Shown: positions 1 through 10,380, counted from the first letter of the stretch. The stretch is DNA of 64,000 nucleotides from a virus (IMGVR_UViG_3300002098_001673:41296-105295); one strand, 5' to 3'. Notes: a model not told the origin generated them from the letters alone. Translations and numbers: made by a program.

Positions 1-410
1 ACCGTTTCAAAAGATGCAATAGCATTTGCTGCATCAAAAATTTGTGTCGTATCGGCATAAGCGTTTAATGGTCTCCAATTTCTTGGAGCGTCGTATCCCT
101 CATCAATTATATGCGCATCTTGAAATCCATATTCACCTTCGTTAGATTTATTATTTAATAAGGAACTTGGGTCAGGAACTTGTTTATATCCACCCTCATT
201 ACCATATTGATTTAATGGGAATAATTTATTTGCAAAGGATGGTACGTCAATAAGTTGGTCTGGACTATCTACAACAGATAAATCTGATTGAATTACTTCG
301 TAATCAATCGGAGGGTCAGTTTTACTAGGGGATTTAGCATAAGGGACTAAGTTTCTAGTTATTAATTTTTTTCTAAACCCCGCAGAATCTATTAGTAATG
401 GACTTGGCAT
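1..410 (-). CDS. Partial CDS (runs off window), probable virion/baseplate-region protein
   Basis: ATG at 410, open frame MPSPLLIDSAGFRKKLITRNL... to window edge; follows tape measure gene; TATTTAT motif upstream. Confidence 0.6.
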   Translation of the reverse strand, partial: MPSPLLIDSAGFRKKLITRNLVPYAKSPSKTDPPIDYEVIQSDLSVVDSPDQLIDVPSFANKLFPLNQYGNEGGYKQVPDPSSLLNNKSNEGEYGFQDAHIIDEGYDAPRNWRPLNAYADTTQIFDAANAIASFET

Positions 411-435
411 CTATAGTTTATTTATGATAAATAGA

Positions 436-2388
436 TTATGTATACTTTTTCTTCTCAAGTTCAATAGCTTTACTGTCAACCATTTTATAAACTTTATCTT
501 TAAATTCAGAACTATTCAGATAATCGGTTAACCATTGTAAGCTTATACCAGGAGGAGCATCAACTTTAAATGTTACCGTTCCACCAAAATCAACTTGTTG
601 ATTTATCACACTTGTCAGTGATTCATCTCCTGTTTTTCCTCTTAAATTATTATAATTATCCGATGTAATTGCCTCTACTTGAGTTGATGGTGTTGAATCA
701 ACAATCGGCATACCAACTTGTTGATTTGCTTCTTGTGGTTTTATTTTTGTTTGTTTTCTATCTGTGTTTGGATTTACAATTTGAGTCGTTTGTTTTTGTT
801 GTGTTGTTGGTTTTTCTTTATTTAAAAAATTTGATAAAGGTTCAAATATCATACTTTTAGCATAGTTTTCAATATCGCTTCTTTGTGGTTCTATTTTTTT
901 ATTAATTTCTTTTACTGCATCTTTTAATACATTTAAAGCGTCTCCCTGTACTCCTTTAAATTTAGTCTCTAAACTTTTTTCGGTTTCTTTTATTTTTAAT
1001 TGAAACTCTTTATCACTCATTTTGTCTCTGCCGCTTAACAAACTTTGTATTGATGTCATAGCCGTAGCGAGTTCTTTTGTGATTGGAGTTTTTTCTACAG
1101 TTTTATTAACAGTTCCAACAACAGCAGTAGTGAGTCTATCAACCCCTGAAATATTTTTTCTAATAACAGATAAATCAGCAACACTATATCCAATTTTATT
1201 GGAAGCTCCTTCAGCAGAATTAGCAATTTTTTCAAGAAAGTCTAATTGAGCCAAACCAATTTGTTCCATAGTTTTTGGAGCTTTTTCTTGAATTTCTTTT
1301 AATTTACCAAATTGGTCTTTTGTAACATCTCCAAGACCTTCCCATATTTCTTGTCCTTGGTTATCTAACCCAAGTTTAACTTGATATTTCCCATCTCTCA
1401 TTACTGCCATATTCGCTAATAACTTTCTATCATCTTCAGGAATATCTAATTTAACATCAGATAATCTTCTATTTAAATCGGCAGAAGCAATTGCAGCTTT
1501 TGATAATTCAGCAGCAGTTGTACCTAATGGACCAGCCATTTCTTTTAAAGTTAAAATCCCTTGTGGATTTATTTTAAATGTTTTTGTTTTTTCATCAAAT
1601 TCTGTAAATTGTTGTGTTGCCTTAATAATACTATCTTGTAATGCTCCAGGGTTTACTAAAGCATCATTCATCATAGTTAATGGGTCACCTAAATCGCCAA
1701 CAGCAACTCCTAATCTTTGGAAAGCTGAAGCAGCTTCTATTGCTCCTTCAGGACTTAATACTTTATCTGCAAAATCTGCAGTTGTTCTCATATCAAATTT
1801 TAACATAGAAGCTTGAGCAGCCATTTTTGTTAAACCTTCAACTCCATTAGTAAAACTGAATCGATTTAACATTTCTATGTTGTTTAAAACATCTTTCATT
1901 ACTGTTTTAGCATTAAGTCCAATACTTTGAACATAATGTACAGAGTCTTCAACATTTTTACCTATATTTTCAGTTTGAATTCCAACATTGATAAATGACT
2001 CGGTCAAATCTTTAAGGTCTACACCCAAAACTTTTGATGTGGCATATATTTTTGTAATAACATCTTCTGTCTCAATAACATTTCTTCTAGACGAATCGGC
2101 AATTGCCTCAATTATATTTTTAACGTCATTTATACTTCCTCCAAGTGTCCTAACAATAGGAACGGTTTTGGCAAAAGCAGATTGCATTTCATCAATCCTT
2201 TGTCCAGACGTTAAAAAACTTCTATCTAATGTTTTTGCGGCAACTATCATTTGTTCTGCAGATGTTGCCATGTTTTTCAATAAATTAGATGAAAACATAT
2301 CATTAAAAGACTTTTGTAAAGTTTCTAATTGTTTTTTATACTCTTCAGCTAATTGTTCTGGAGTTTTTATTTGTTCAGAATCCGCCAT
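436..2388 (-). CDS. Tape measure-like protein
   Basis: 650 aa helical Ala/Leu/Lys/Gln-rich protein directly downstream of tube and chaperone genes. Confidence 0.7.
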   Translation of the reverse strand: MADSEQIKTPEQLAEEYKKQLETLQKSFNDMFSSNLLKNMATSAEQMIVAAKTLDRSFLTSGQRIDEMQSAFAKTVPIVRTLGGSINDVKNIIEAIADSSRRNVIETEDVITKIYATSKVLGVDLKDLTESFINVGIQTENIGKNVEDSVHYVQSIGLNAKTVMKDVLNNIEMLNRFSFTNGVEGLTKMAAQASMLKFDMRTTADFADKVLSPEGAIEAASAFQRLGVAVGDLGDPLTMMNDALVNPGALQDSIIKATQQFTEFDEKTKTFKINPQGILTLKEMAGPLGTTAAELSKAAIASADLNRRLSDVKLDIPEDDRKLLANMAVMRDGKYQVKLGLDNQGQEIWEGLGDVTKDQFGKLKEIQEKAPKTMEQIGLAQLDFLEKIANSAEGASNKIGYSVADLSVIRKNISGVDRLTTAVVGTVNKTVEKTPITKELATAMTSIQSLLSGRDKMSDKEFQLKIKETEKSLETKFKGVQGDALNVLKDAVKEINKKIEPQRSDIENYAKSMIFEPLSNFLNKEKPTTQQKQTTQIVNPNTDRKQTKIKPQEANQQVGMPIVDSTPSTQVEAITSDNYNNLRGKTGDESLTSVINQQVDFGGTVTFKVDAPPGISLQWLTDYLNSSEFKDKVYKMVDSKAIELEKKKYT

Positions 2389-2416
2389 AATATTTTTTTT
2401 ATTATACTATAAATAG

Positions 2417-2444
2417 AAGAAGGACTGATTTTTCAGTCCTTCTT
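2417..2444. terminator. Perfect 12-bp hairpin (terminator-like)
   Basis: AAGAAGGACTGA-tttt-TCAGTCCTTCTT; overlaps the stop of the 2433..2612 ORF, just upstream of the tape measure gene. Confidence 0.6.
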
Positions 2445-2612
2445 ATTCTCTTCAATCCATTTATCAAGAAGATATTTTCTAACGAAAATTGGCATCTTTT
2501 CAAAATCTTGGTATGTTATTTTTAATAATGTATTCAAATAGTAAAACTCATCTATTTGACCTTTCCTATAATCAGAAGAAAGGACGAAAGAAATCAACCC
2601 CAAACCCAACAT
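2433..2612 (-). CDS. Tail assembly chaperone C-terminal extension (gpT-like), possibly reached by frameshift
   Basis: 59-codon frame (below ORF-track cutoff) ...SDYRKGQIDEFYYLNTLLKITYQDFEKMPIFVRKYLLDKWIEENKKD*, overlapping the 3' end of 2572..3315 in the +1 frame; lies between chaperone and tape measure. Confidence 0.65.
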   Translation of the reverse strand: MLGLGLISFVLSSDYRKGQIDEFYYLNTLLKITYQDFEKMPIFVRKYLLDKWIEENKKD

Positions 2613-3315
2613 TAAACGTTAGTTTTTCTCCTGATGGGGTTGTTACTGTTCTATTCATATCTAATTTTGGTTCGTTTGAATCCATAAATTTTCTAATGTA
2701 TTTTGAATCCGCAATAGGCATTTGTTCTACAAACTTCGCAATTTCGGCTCTATCAGTACTTCCGTCAACTTCAATAATTTCTTTTTGTAGTCTCCATGTT
2801 ACTTTCGGAGCAACTCTTCCTTGAGGGTACGATTCTGTCATTTTTTGTATTTCCATAACCTCACCATAACTTAATGGTTTTATCTTAACCGTTGATTGTG
2901 ATTTAGGTAATGGTGTTACAAACGTACCATCTTCTAATGGGGGTTGTCCATTAATTATTGGTAGTTCATCCAATCTAACAGTTGTTTGGAATGGTTTCCT
3001 TGTTTGGGGGTCAGTTAAAGTCATATTTATTTCAGGACCAAAAGCTGTATTTCTTAAGAAAATTAGAATTGATTCAACATCACCTTCTAATAAATCTTCA
3101 ACTCTAATATCTGGTTCATATATCTTCGCTCTAAGAAGATTTAATGTGAGGTCAGAACCTCCAGCCATTAATATATTTTCATCAGAAGCGGTTAAATATC
3201 CAACTTTAATTGACTTTTTTTTATTTTTATAAAAAACTCCTTGCGATGGTAAAGGAACCACATCATGTGGTAATGTGAAATTTTGTTGAGCGTAATCTCT
3301 TGTTTGATTATCCAT
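2572..3315 (-). CDS. Tail assembly chaperone / baseplate hub assembly protein (T4 gp26-like)
   Basis: LPSQG..Y, LTASDENIL, GDVESILIFLR motifs, C-terminal FFRPFF; position between tube and tape measure. Confidence 0.65.
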   Translation of the reverse strand: MDNQTRDYAQQNFTLPHDVVPLPSQGVFYKNKKKSIKVGYLTASDENILMAGGSDLTLNLLRAKIYEPDIRVEDLLEGDVESILIFLRNTAFGPEINMTLTDPQTRKPFQTTVRLDELPIINGQPPLEDGTFVTPLPKSQSTVKIKPLSYGEVMEIQKMTESYPQGRVAPKVTWRLQKEIIEVDGSTDRAEIAKFVEQMPIADSKYIRKFMDSNEPKLDMNRTVTTPSGEKLTFNVGFGVDFFRPFF

Positions 3316-3317
3316 AT

Positions 3318-3356
3318 AAAAAAATTAACCGTAAAGTTTATGTGCTTTACGGTTAA
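3318..3356 (-). terminator. Rho-independent terminator after tail tube gene
   Basis: 12-bp stem TTAACCGTAAAG (3325-3336) / CTTTACGGTTAA (3345-3356) followed on the minus strand by a T run. Confidence 0.7.
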
Positions 3357-3399
3357 ATATAATTGTTATTATTTTTAAATAAATCTTTTCTTTAAAAAA

Positions 3400-3888
3400 T
3401 TAGTAAACTAATACACATCTGTCCATTCTTAGTGTTGCTGCGATTGTTGCCAAAGCATCTGCATTGTAAGCTAATGTATTAAAGTTAACATCTGTTAAGA
3501 ATGTACCATATAATATCCATTTTTCAACAACAACTCCAGTTGGGTCCAACATTTCCAAGTCAATGTCTTTCTTATACCCTGCAGCGTATCCCATTCTACC
3601 TGTAACAGACTCAGCGTGTAGACGAACCCATTCCATTAGGGCTTGAGCCGCAGAAGGTCCTATTGGGTCTCTAAATGTAACATTAAGAGTTTGCCATGTA
3701 AATCTACCAGCAACATATGTTGACGTATTTAAAAAGGGTATTTCTACCGGATTAATCATAATGTGAGGTCTTTGGGCTGTTTCTACAAACCACTCATTTA
3801 TTCCCAAACTTGATGGAAATCTTAAAATGAATCGATTCTGACGTTTCGGTTCATACGGTATCGGCATTTTCATTAGTAAATCAGCCAT
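3400..3888 (-). CDS. Tail tube protein (T4 gp19-like)
   Basis: 162 aa; YEPKRQNRF, YVAGRFTW, YKKDIDLEMLDPTGVVVEKW motifs; near sheath gene. Confidence 0.85.
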   Translation of the reverse strand: MADLLMKMPIPYEPKRQNRFILRFPSSLGINEWFVETAQRPHIMINPVEIPFLNTSTYVAGRFTWQTLNVTFRDPIGPSAAQALMEWVRLHAESVTGRMGYAAGYKKDIDLEMLDPTGVVVEKWILYGTFLTDVNFNTLAYNADALATIAATLRMDRCVLVY

Positions 3889-3978
3889 ATTATTATAATT
3901 TTGTTTTTTTGTTTATTTATATAAATATATCTTAGTTAAAAATTTTTCTATTTACTTTATTTTTAAATAAATTATTTC

Positions 3979-4806
3979 TTATTTAACTTCCTTTTTAATT
4001 CCTCCAGCAGTAGAATAAGTCCTAACTAGATTATCTGGTTTATCTTTAAAATGTTTCTTCATTACTTCAACATTTCTAATATCATCATCTGAAAATCCAA
4101 TTAATGGTTTTTCTGGTTTAAATTTATTAGCAATATCTTTTTTTAGATATGCTTTTTTATTTAATAGTGCCGCCATTCCTTTAATGTAAGAAACGAAATC
4201 ATCCATTGCCATAACTTTTAATTCTTCAGGATTTGCACTAGAACCACCCCCAAATGTTACAGGGTGATATTTGTTGAGTTCTAAATAAGATTTTATTAAT
4301 TCATTATCTGACATATCATCTTCATCCACAAAAGACCTATATTTTTTTAAGTTTTTAACTAATTGATTTTTATCAATACCATTAAATCCTGTAATAATAT
4401 AATTATAAATCGCTTGTTTTAATGTGTTTGGATTATGTCCCCTAGCAGTAATTATGGAAAAAATTGACCCATTATTTATTGACTCTTTAAAATCATCAAA
4501 TGCTGGACCTGGTTTTGCTTTCATTGCATCAATCAAGAAAGTTTTATCACCTTCAGTTCTAAAATTTCTAAAAGGATTTTCCGCAAATCCGACTATTTTT
4601 TCTCCATGATAATTAAAAGGTTTTGAACCAATCATTGTTCTATATTCGGCAAAATCTTCAGTACTCATTCCAATCTCATCACCATTATCATTTTTTAAAA
4701 TAATTTTTGTTGGCATATGAACAATATTATCATCCCAATCGAATGCATAATATTTCATGTCAGGGGTACCTTCTTCTTTGAAACCTTCTTTAAATTCTTT
4801 TCTCAT
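3979..4806 (-). CDS. HAD-superfamily phosphatase-like protein
   Basis: N-terminal FDWDDN (DxD), ITARG, FSDDD motifs. Confidence 0.6.
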   Translation of the reverse strand: MRKEFKEGFKEEGTPDMKYYAFDWDDNIVHMPTKIILKNDNGDEIGMSTEDFAEYRTMIGSKPFNYHGEKIVGFAENPFRNFRTEGDKTFLIDAMKAKPGPAFDDFKESINNGSIFSIITARGHNPNTLKQAIYNYIITGFNGIDKNQLVKNLKKYRSFVDEDDMSDNELIKSYLELNKYHPVTFGGGSSANPEELKVMAMDDFVSYIKGMAALLNKKAYLKKDIANKFKPEKPLIGFSDDDIRNVEVMKKHFKDKPDNLVRTYSTAGGIKKEVK

Positions 4807-4816
4807 GTTAAATTAA

Positions 4817-4843
4817 AACTGGGATACAATATGTACCCCAGTT
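4817..4843 (-). terminator. Hairpin downstream of tail sheath gene
   Basis: AACTGGGATACA...TGTACCCCAGTT stem with one wobble pair. Confidence 0.5.
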
Positions 4844-4853
4844 ATTTTTTTTA

Positions 4854-7800
4854 TTATATGTTTTCAAATGAAGCTCCTGTTGGTGTGATAAAGAATTCAA
4901 TATCAATAAATTCAAGAGCTTTAGTTGGTTTAAGATAAATTTTACCTGTTAAAGTATTTCTATCTAAATCTTCAGGTGATGAAGAAACTGTTACACGGAA
5001 ATCATAAAGACCTCTATCTCTTCTGATAGAATCCAAAATAGGATTAACGCTATCCAAGAATTGTTGTCTAACGATTTGGTCGTTTTGTTCGAACAATAAT
5101 CTTACTGCTACAGCTGATATTAATTTACGAGCTTGTAATAATAATCTTCTTACATTTAACCTGTTCAATGCTGATTCAGTTACTTGTAAAGTTTTATTAC
5201 CCCAAATTACAGTTCCTACATCGGAGAAAGTTGCGATTGGGTTAATTCTACCTTGATAAAGTGTATCTCTATCTTCTTGAGTTAACTTACGTCTAGCTTT
5301 AATTGAATTTACAAGACCTCTTGTGTAACCCGCTGATGCGAACCAAGGGAATGCAATGTTATCTGTTAATGCTAAGTTTCTACAAACTTCACCTGTTGGC
5401 GGAAGATATATTTGTGTATTATTCACAGTATCTCTCACAAGTATCCAAGGATAGTAAGTTGCTGTATAGTTTGAATCAATTCCTGTATTATCAAGATTAT
5501 CAACAGCTTCTTGTGGATAAATCACATCATATTGACTTGTTCCATCAGGAGTATACATGTTATAATCTGGTGTTGTTGCAATATAAACAGAATCCGCTCT
5601 TTGATATTGAACCATATTAATAGTCTCTTCCACTAAATTGGAGTTATTAACATAATCGATACCTGCAGTAGCAAAAACATTAATGTTTGTTGCTTCAGGA
5701 TTTGCAAAAGTTAAAATACCAAGTAAATAAGCGTAGTAATCAGAATTAGCAAAATCTTGAGTATTGTTTTGAACAACAATCCTTTTGAATAAACCATCTC
5801 CTGTAGCTGTTGGATACCTTGTTGAAGGTGCTGCTCCCGCTAAATAACCTGACGCTCCTAATTGGAATCTATCTTGGTTTGTTCTATATTCTCTATAAAT
5901 GTCCCATCCATCAAATCCACCCGCAAAACATACTGTATATTTTCTTGAGTAAATAAAATAATAAGGATTTTCTTGAGTTTCTGGGTCAAATCTAAAATCC
6001 GCAACTCCACATTCAAAAGCAGTTTCACCACTTGTTAATAAAGCCGAATTTGAAATTGAAACTACAGTAGCTCCTGAGTCCATGTGAAATCCTTTACTTA
6101 AGTAATTCCAAGGTGCAGAATCTGTAGCATCTGCCCATCCAACTATTGGATTTTGTTTTCCCTTATATTCTAAGAAAGATTCGTCAATTCCAAATTGACT
6201 TGAAAATCCTAAATAAGTTCTTCTAACAATATCACCTCCAGATTCAACAGCATTTGAACCTCCTGAACTTGTTCCAAATGGAGGGTCAAATACTACTTCA
6301 CCAGGATAATAGTATTTTGTTTTATATACAGGATATGGTGATGGATTATTAACACTTTCATATTGTCTCTGTGTGTAACCATAGAATCCACAAGGAAGTG
6401 CATCTATAGGATAATCATTAGCCATTTCCAACATGATGTATTTTGAAATCAGTGCAAATTCACCATTTGAAGAGCCTATTTTTTTAGCAACAAAACTATT
6501 TGAACCAGGGTCCATAGTACAGTTTGTGAACTTTTCAATAACAACAGGATTTGCGTCTGTATCGTAGAAGTTTCTAACTAATACATCAAATGTCATATTG
6601 TTAAATGATAAGTTTGCAATTGAAACTTTAATTTCTGTATTTGCAGATGCTCCGTCAGATATCGAAATAAATTTAAATAATCTATAAACTTTATTACCTC
6701 TTAATTCTGAAACTAAAAAAGGTGTTTCAGGAGATTGATATTTTTCCAAATTCCAAGCTATAGATGAAGGGCTTTCACTTCTTGCGTCTGGAAGAGCAAT
6801 TAAATCACATTTTAAACCACGGATATAACCTTTATTGTATGCGTAATTTAATGTCGCTTGATAATACTCCTCAACAAAAATAGGAACTTGAGTTCTATTT
6901 TTTCCAAAGTTATCAATACCAAGAACTTTTGTAATATATTTTGAAGAAGATGCTAACATCGAAACTTCAAATGAGAAAGTGTTACTATCTTTAGTTATAC
7001 CTGAAAGTAAAAATGTTGCGTATGGATTTTGAGTTATACCCGAATACTGACCACTACAAACTAATTGTAAATCAGTTAATCCACTAACTTCATAAACGGG
7101 ACCATGGTCAACACTATCACTACTATTAGAATATAATGATATACCTCTAGAACGAAGAGTTGAAACAACCATATTATTAAAATTAGTATATGCTGTTCCT
7201 GTAAAAGAATATGTTTTACCAGTTATAGTACCTGTAAAAGTGTTTGATGGTCCTGAAACTAAAGATGTAATAACATAATCAAAAGAATATCCTGTATAAT
7301 TATTACCACTTGTAATATCAAAATTCGCATAAAACCAAGGGTCGTTGGAAGATGCTGTTAAATCATTTGTAGCTAAATTATTTGTATCACATCCATATAC
7401 ATTAGTAACTGCTGAATATTGACCTGTTATTGTATTATAATTTTGTTCAGGTATCGCTCCATACATAACAACAGTTGTTGCCGATGTTTGAGGACTATCA
7501 TAAATAGAATTAATTATATTAGTAAAATCGGATGATAATGTTGATACACTGCCATCAGATAATCTATATTGTTTGTTAAAGTTTACCAAAACATTAGCAG
7601 GTAAAGAACCACTAACAAATGTTAATGTATTAGCTGAAGAAATTCCTGTGAAACTTGCCGTAAAAGTAGTTGCAGATATTCCTGAATTAATACCAATTGT
7701 TGTTGGGTCAACATTAGCAATTAAACTAAGGCTCCATGAAGGACCAGCATCATAACCAGATAATCCTAAAATTCTAGTTACAAATAATTGATTAGATTGT

Positions 7801-8066
7801 TGTAAATAAGATTTTGCAATATATGCTGCTTCATATTTAGGAATTTGAGTATTCACAAATTTAACGGGTTCTGTTCCCCCAAAATAAGCTTGGAATTCAT
7901 CATAATTAGTGATAAAGATTGGTTCGAATGCAGGACCTTTTATAGTTTCTCCTACTAAACCTAACGTAGTAACACCGACACTTTGAGCTACAAATGATAA
8001 ATCTGTCTCAGAAGTGTATACGCCGGGTGATACATATACTTTTTGATTTGCTTGTGCTGTTGCCAT
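4854..8066 (-). CDS. Contractile tail sheath protein
   Basis: VSPGVYTSETD N-terminus, PWFASAGYTRG, RDTLYQGRINPI, IWGNKTLQ, LNRLNVRRLL, KPTKALEFIDIEF. Confidence 0.95.
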   Translation of the reverse strand: MATAQANQKVYVSPGVYTSETDLSFVAQSVGVTTLGLVGETIKGPAFEPIFITNYDEFQAYFGGTEPVKFVNTQIPKYEAAYIAKSYLQQSNQLFVTRILGLSGYDAGPSWSLSLIANVDPTTIGINSGISATTFTASFTGISSANTLTFVSGSLPANVLVNFNKQYRLSDGSVSTLSSDFTNIINSIYDSPQTSATTVVMYGAIPEQNYNTITGQYSAVTNVYGCDTNNLATNDLTASSNDPWFYANFDITSGNNYTGYSFDYVITSLVSGPSNTFTGTITGKTYSFTGTAYTNFNNMVVSTLRSRGISLYSNSSDSVDHGPVYEVSGLTDLQLVCSGQYSGITQNPYATFLLSGITKDSNTFSFEVSMLASSSKYITKVLGIDNFGKNRTQVPIFVEEYYQATLNYAYNKGYIRGLKCDLIALPDARSESPSSIAWNLEKYQSPETPFLVSELRGNKVYRLFKFISISDGASANTEIKVSIANLSFNNMTFDVLVRNFYDTDANPVVIEKFTNCTMDPGSNSFVAKKIGSSNGEFALISKYIMLEMANDYPIDALPCGFYGYTQRQYESVNNPSPYPVYKTKYYYPGEVVFDPPFGTSSGGSNAVESGGDIVRRTYLGFSSQFGIDESFLEYKGKQNPIVGWADATDSAPWNYLSKGFHMDSGATVVSISNSALLTSGETAFECGVADFRFDPETQENPYYFIYSRKYTVCFAGGFDGWDIYREYRTNQDRFQLGASGYLAGAAPSTRYPTATGDGLFKRIVVQNNTQDFANSDYYAYLLGILTFANPEATNINVFATAGIDYVNNSNLVEETINMVQYQRADSVYIATTPDYNMYTPDGTSQYDVIYPQEAVDNLDNTGIDSNYTATYYPWILVRDTVNNTQIYLPPTGEVCRNLALTDNIAFPWFASAGYTRGLVNSIKARRKLTQEDRDTLYQGRINPIATFSDVGTVIWGNKTLQVTESALNRLNVRRLLLQARKLISAVAVRLLFEQNDQIVRQQFLDSVNPILDSIRRDRGLYDFRVTVSSSPEDLDRNTLTGKIYLKPTKALEFIDIEFFITPTGASFENI

Positions 8067-8142
8067 TATTTAATAATTCTATTGTGGATTTATTTTAATG
8101 ATAAATATTAGTTAGAATGTGAAAAAACTTGACTTTTAAATA

Positions 8143-8150
8143 TATATTTG
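8143..8150 (+). promoter_or_regulatory. Bacteroidota-type -7 promoter element TAnnTTTG
   Basis: TATATTTG upstream of the small RHH gene, TTG further upstream. Confidence 0.4.
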
Positions 8151-8186
8151 TAAATGGTGAGAATAAATTCTACCTTTTTTCTACCT

Positions 8187-8348
8187 ATGAAAATAAAGAA
8201 AGAAATAAAAAATATTAAAATATCGCCAGAATCACACGATGTCTTAAAAAAATACTGTGATAAGAGGGGAATTAAAATTTATAAATTTTTAGAAAATTTA
8301 ATTTTTGAAAAGTGTAAAGAAAAAAAAGATATTTATGGGGAGAATTAA
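8187..8348 (+). CDS. Small ribbon-helix-helix-like DNA-binding protein
   Basis: KNIKISPESHDVLKKYCDKRGIKIYKFLENLI pattern; probable start 8187 rather than 8154. Confidence 0.55.
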   Translation: MKIKKEIKNIKISPESHDVLKKYCDKRGIKIYKFLENLIFEKCKEKKDIYGEN

Positions 8349-9385
8349 ACTAATTTACAATTATAAATAATTGTTGAATCTTTTGTATCATCATTTTTGA
8401 TTACTTCTATTCTTAGAATATCGTTTGTTGTGATTTGAATTATTTCTACATTACTACCATAATAATTGTTGTTTATATAAACATCAAACGAATCAATATT
8501 GTCGGTCGACACTAAATTCATATTTGCGGTAAAATCCATAACATCACTTAATGTATTATTATCAACAACAAATAAAAAATCTAATTTAAATTCATCAGGA
8601 TTTTCAGGGAATCTTAAAGGTTTCTTTTTTAATGTACTTGTATCAATTTCAAACAATTGAACAACTCTTGAAATTGCTGGTTTAACTTGAAATTCTTCTT
8701 CGTCAATAAGATATCCCAACATTGTAAAATCATAATTCTGTATATAATATTTTCTTTTATCTAAATCCATAACAGATTCATCAGAAATATTATTCATTAT
8801 TATTGGAACATATTGTCCTTTAATAAAAGTATATGCTTGTCTTGAAGAAAATTTTTGTAAAACAACTTTATTAAGTTGATTTAATTCTCTCATTCTATTA
8901 CAAATAATTTTCACACTATAATTAATATCAACAGGTACAGGTTGTGGTATTGTGTATATATCCATACCTTGTCTGTTTCCATCCCATGTTGGGACCGATG
9001 CATAATAAAATTGTTTTCTGTTTGGTATTGTATATTGAAGTGACGGATTTGTTCCGTATTTGACTTCGGGACTTCTAACAACAGTTATAAATGGAAGTTT
9101 AACATTTAAATCGTTATCTTGAAAAGTCCCTGTTTCTGCAAACTGAGACCAATTCTGTGTTGTAATCATAATATCAATCATAGGTACAACAGCACCTTCA
9201 CTAACAACTTTCAATTCTTCTTTAACAAAATCTAACATACCTCTATCCAAATCTGCATGCAATACTGATTTAGGTAGATACGTCCCATCAGAGTTGATGT
9301 ACTCCAATAATTGCTCTCTTCTTGCTGAAAGAATTTTTTTTGGAACTAAAGGTAATGTTTTTTTTATTTGTTTTGGAAATCCCAT
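8345..9385 (-). CDS. Putative tail completion/terminator-type virion protein
   Basis: 346 aa; LPFITVVR and PVPVDINYSVKI motifs reminiscent of T4 gp15-like proteins; structural context. Confidence 0.5.
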   Translation of the reverse strand: MGFPKQIKKTLPLVPKKILSARREQLLEYINSDGTYLPKSVLHADLDRGMLDFVKEELKVVSEGAVVPMIDIMITTQNWSQFAETGTFQDNDLNVKLPFITVVRSPEVKYGTNPSLQYTIPNRKQFYYASVPTWDGNRQGMDIYTIPQPVPVDINYSVKIICNRMRELNQLNKVVLQKFSSRQAYTFIKGQYVPIIMNNISDESVMDLDKRKYYIQNYDFTMLGYLIDEEEFQVKPAISRVVQLFEIDTSTLKKKPLRFPENPDEFKLDFLFVVDNNTLSDVMDFTANMNLVSTDNIDSFDVYINNNYYGSNVEIIQITTNDILRIEVIKNDDTKDSTIIYNCKLV

Positions 9386-9387
9386 AA

Positions 9388-9801
9388 TTATTTTTTTGTT
9401 ACAAATATTTTATCTTTAGAATTTATCATATTAACTTTATTGGCATGATAAACTGGTTCTTGATTATCTTTATATACAAAAGTATCAAACATATAAGGAT
9501 TATATGTTACAATTTTTCCAAATGTTTTTACAGGTAAATCATCACAAGGAAATTCACAATAATCCAATAATTTACCTATTACAAAGGCATGAACATTTTT
9601 ACTTTTTTCAGTTCTAACTTTTTCTTTACCACCTTGTCTAACTCTAAATTCAACATCACCAAGTTTAACATAATCGGCGTGCATAATAACTTTACCATCA
9701 TATGTTACCGAAAAAGTGTGTTTATGTAAATTATAATAAACCATAACTTTTTTACCTACAAATAAAGAATCAAATTGAGATTCGTTAATAATAGTTTTCA
9801 T
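9388..9801 (-). CDS. Conserved phage hypothetical protein
   Basis: VYYNLHK..FSV, KNVHAFVIG, VTYNPY motifs; clean ORF in operon. Confidence 0.6.
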   Translation of the reverse strand: MKTIINESQFDSLFVGKKVMVYYNLHKHTFSVTYDGKVIMHADYVKLGDVEFRVRQGGKEKVRTEKSKNVHAFVIGKLLDYCEFPCDDLPVKTFGKIVTYNPYMFDTFVYKDNQEPVYHANKVNMINSKDKIFVTKK

Positions 9802-9807
9802 AATATT

Positions 9808-10320
9808 TTATATACCTTTAAATTCATTTTCATTTACAGGAGTTGCGATAATCGTTCTATAAAAAGGACGAACACCTCCATAAGTGTGGCGGTTGTCTGA
9901 AACCACCCTACCATCATCAGACACACTATAGTATCTTACTTTTTTCTCCGTTTCATAATATCCAATATAATCTCCAAATTGAATATCAACTTCCATTTCA
10001 CTAAGGGTTTGTTGATAAATAGAGAATCTTAAATTTCCTGGCTCATCTTGTTGAACTTTTGAAGTTCCAAGTTTTTGATTTGTTGGTGCCATAATTTGAA
10101 CATAACCCTTAAGTTCAATAGGAGATAAGAATTGAATTCCATCTTTTAAAGACTCCCCATACACATCGTCCGTTTTTGTTTTATATCTATCAATACGATA
10201 TAAAATTATTGTGAAATTCATATCCCCCAATAACCATTCTTCACCCATATTAATATCTAAAGTATAATCTTCATCACCAAAAAACTTACCAAGACGTGTT
10301 ACCGGAACTAATTTTTGCAT
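9808..10320 (-). CDS. Putative head closure/neck protein (gp14-like)
   Basis: TDDVYGES, GDYIGY motifs; size and context. Confidence 0.5.
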   Translation of the reverse strand: MQKLVPVTRLGKFFGDEDYTLDINMGEEWLLGDMNFTIILYRIDRYKTKTDDVYGESLKDGIQFLSPIELKGYVQIMAPTNQKLGTSKVQQDEPGNLRFSIYQQTLSEMEVDIQFGDYIGYYETEKKVRYYSVSDDGRVVSDNRHTYGGVRPFYRTIIATPVNENEFKGI

Positions 10321-10380
10321 AATATGTTTATTTTTCCTTATTGATAAATACTCAAAATTTTATTATAATTAATTAACTTA

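Noticed and set aside
669-2824. Plus-strand ORFs over the tape measure and chaperone genes (and similar short ORFs elsewhere)
   Set aside because: Antisense or alternate-frame shadows without motifs
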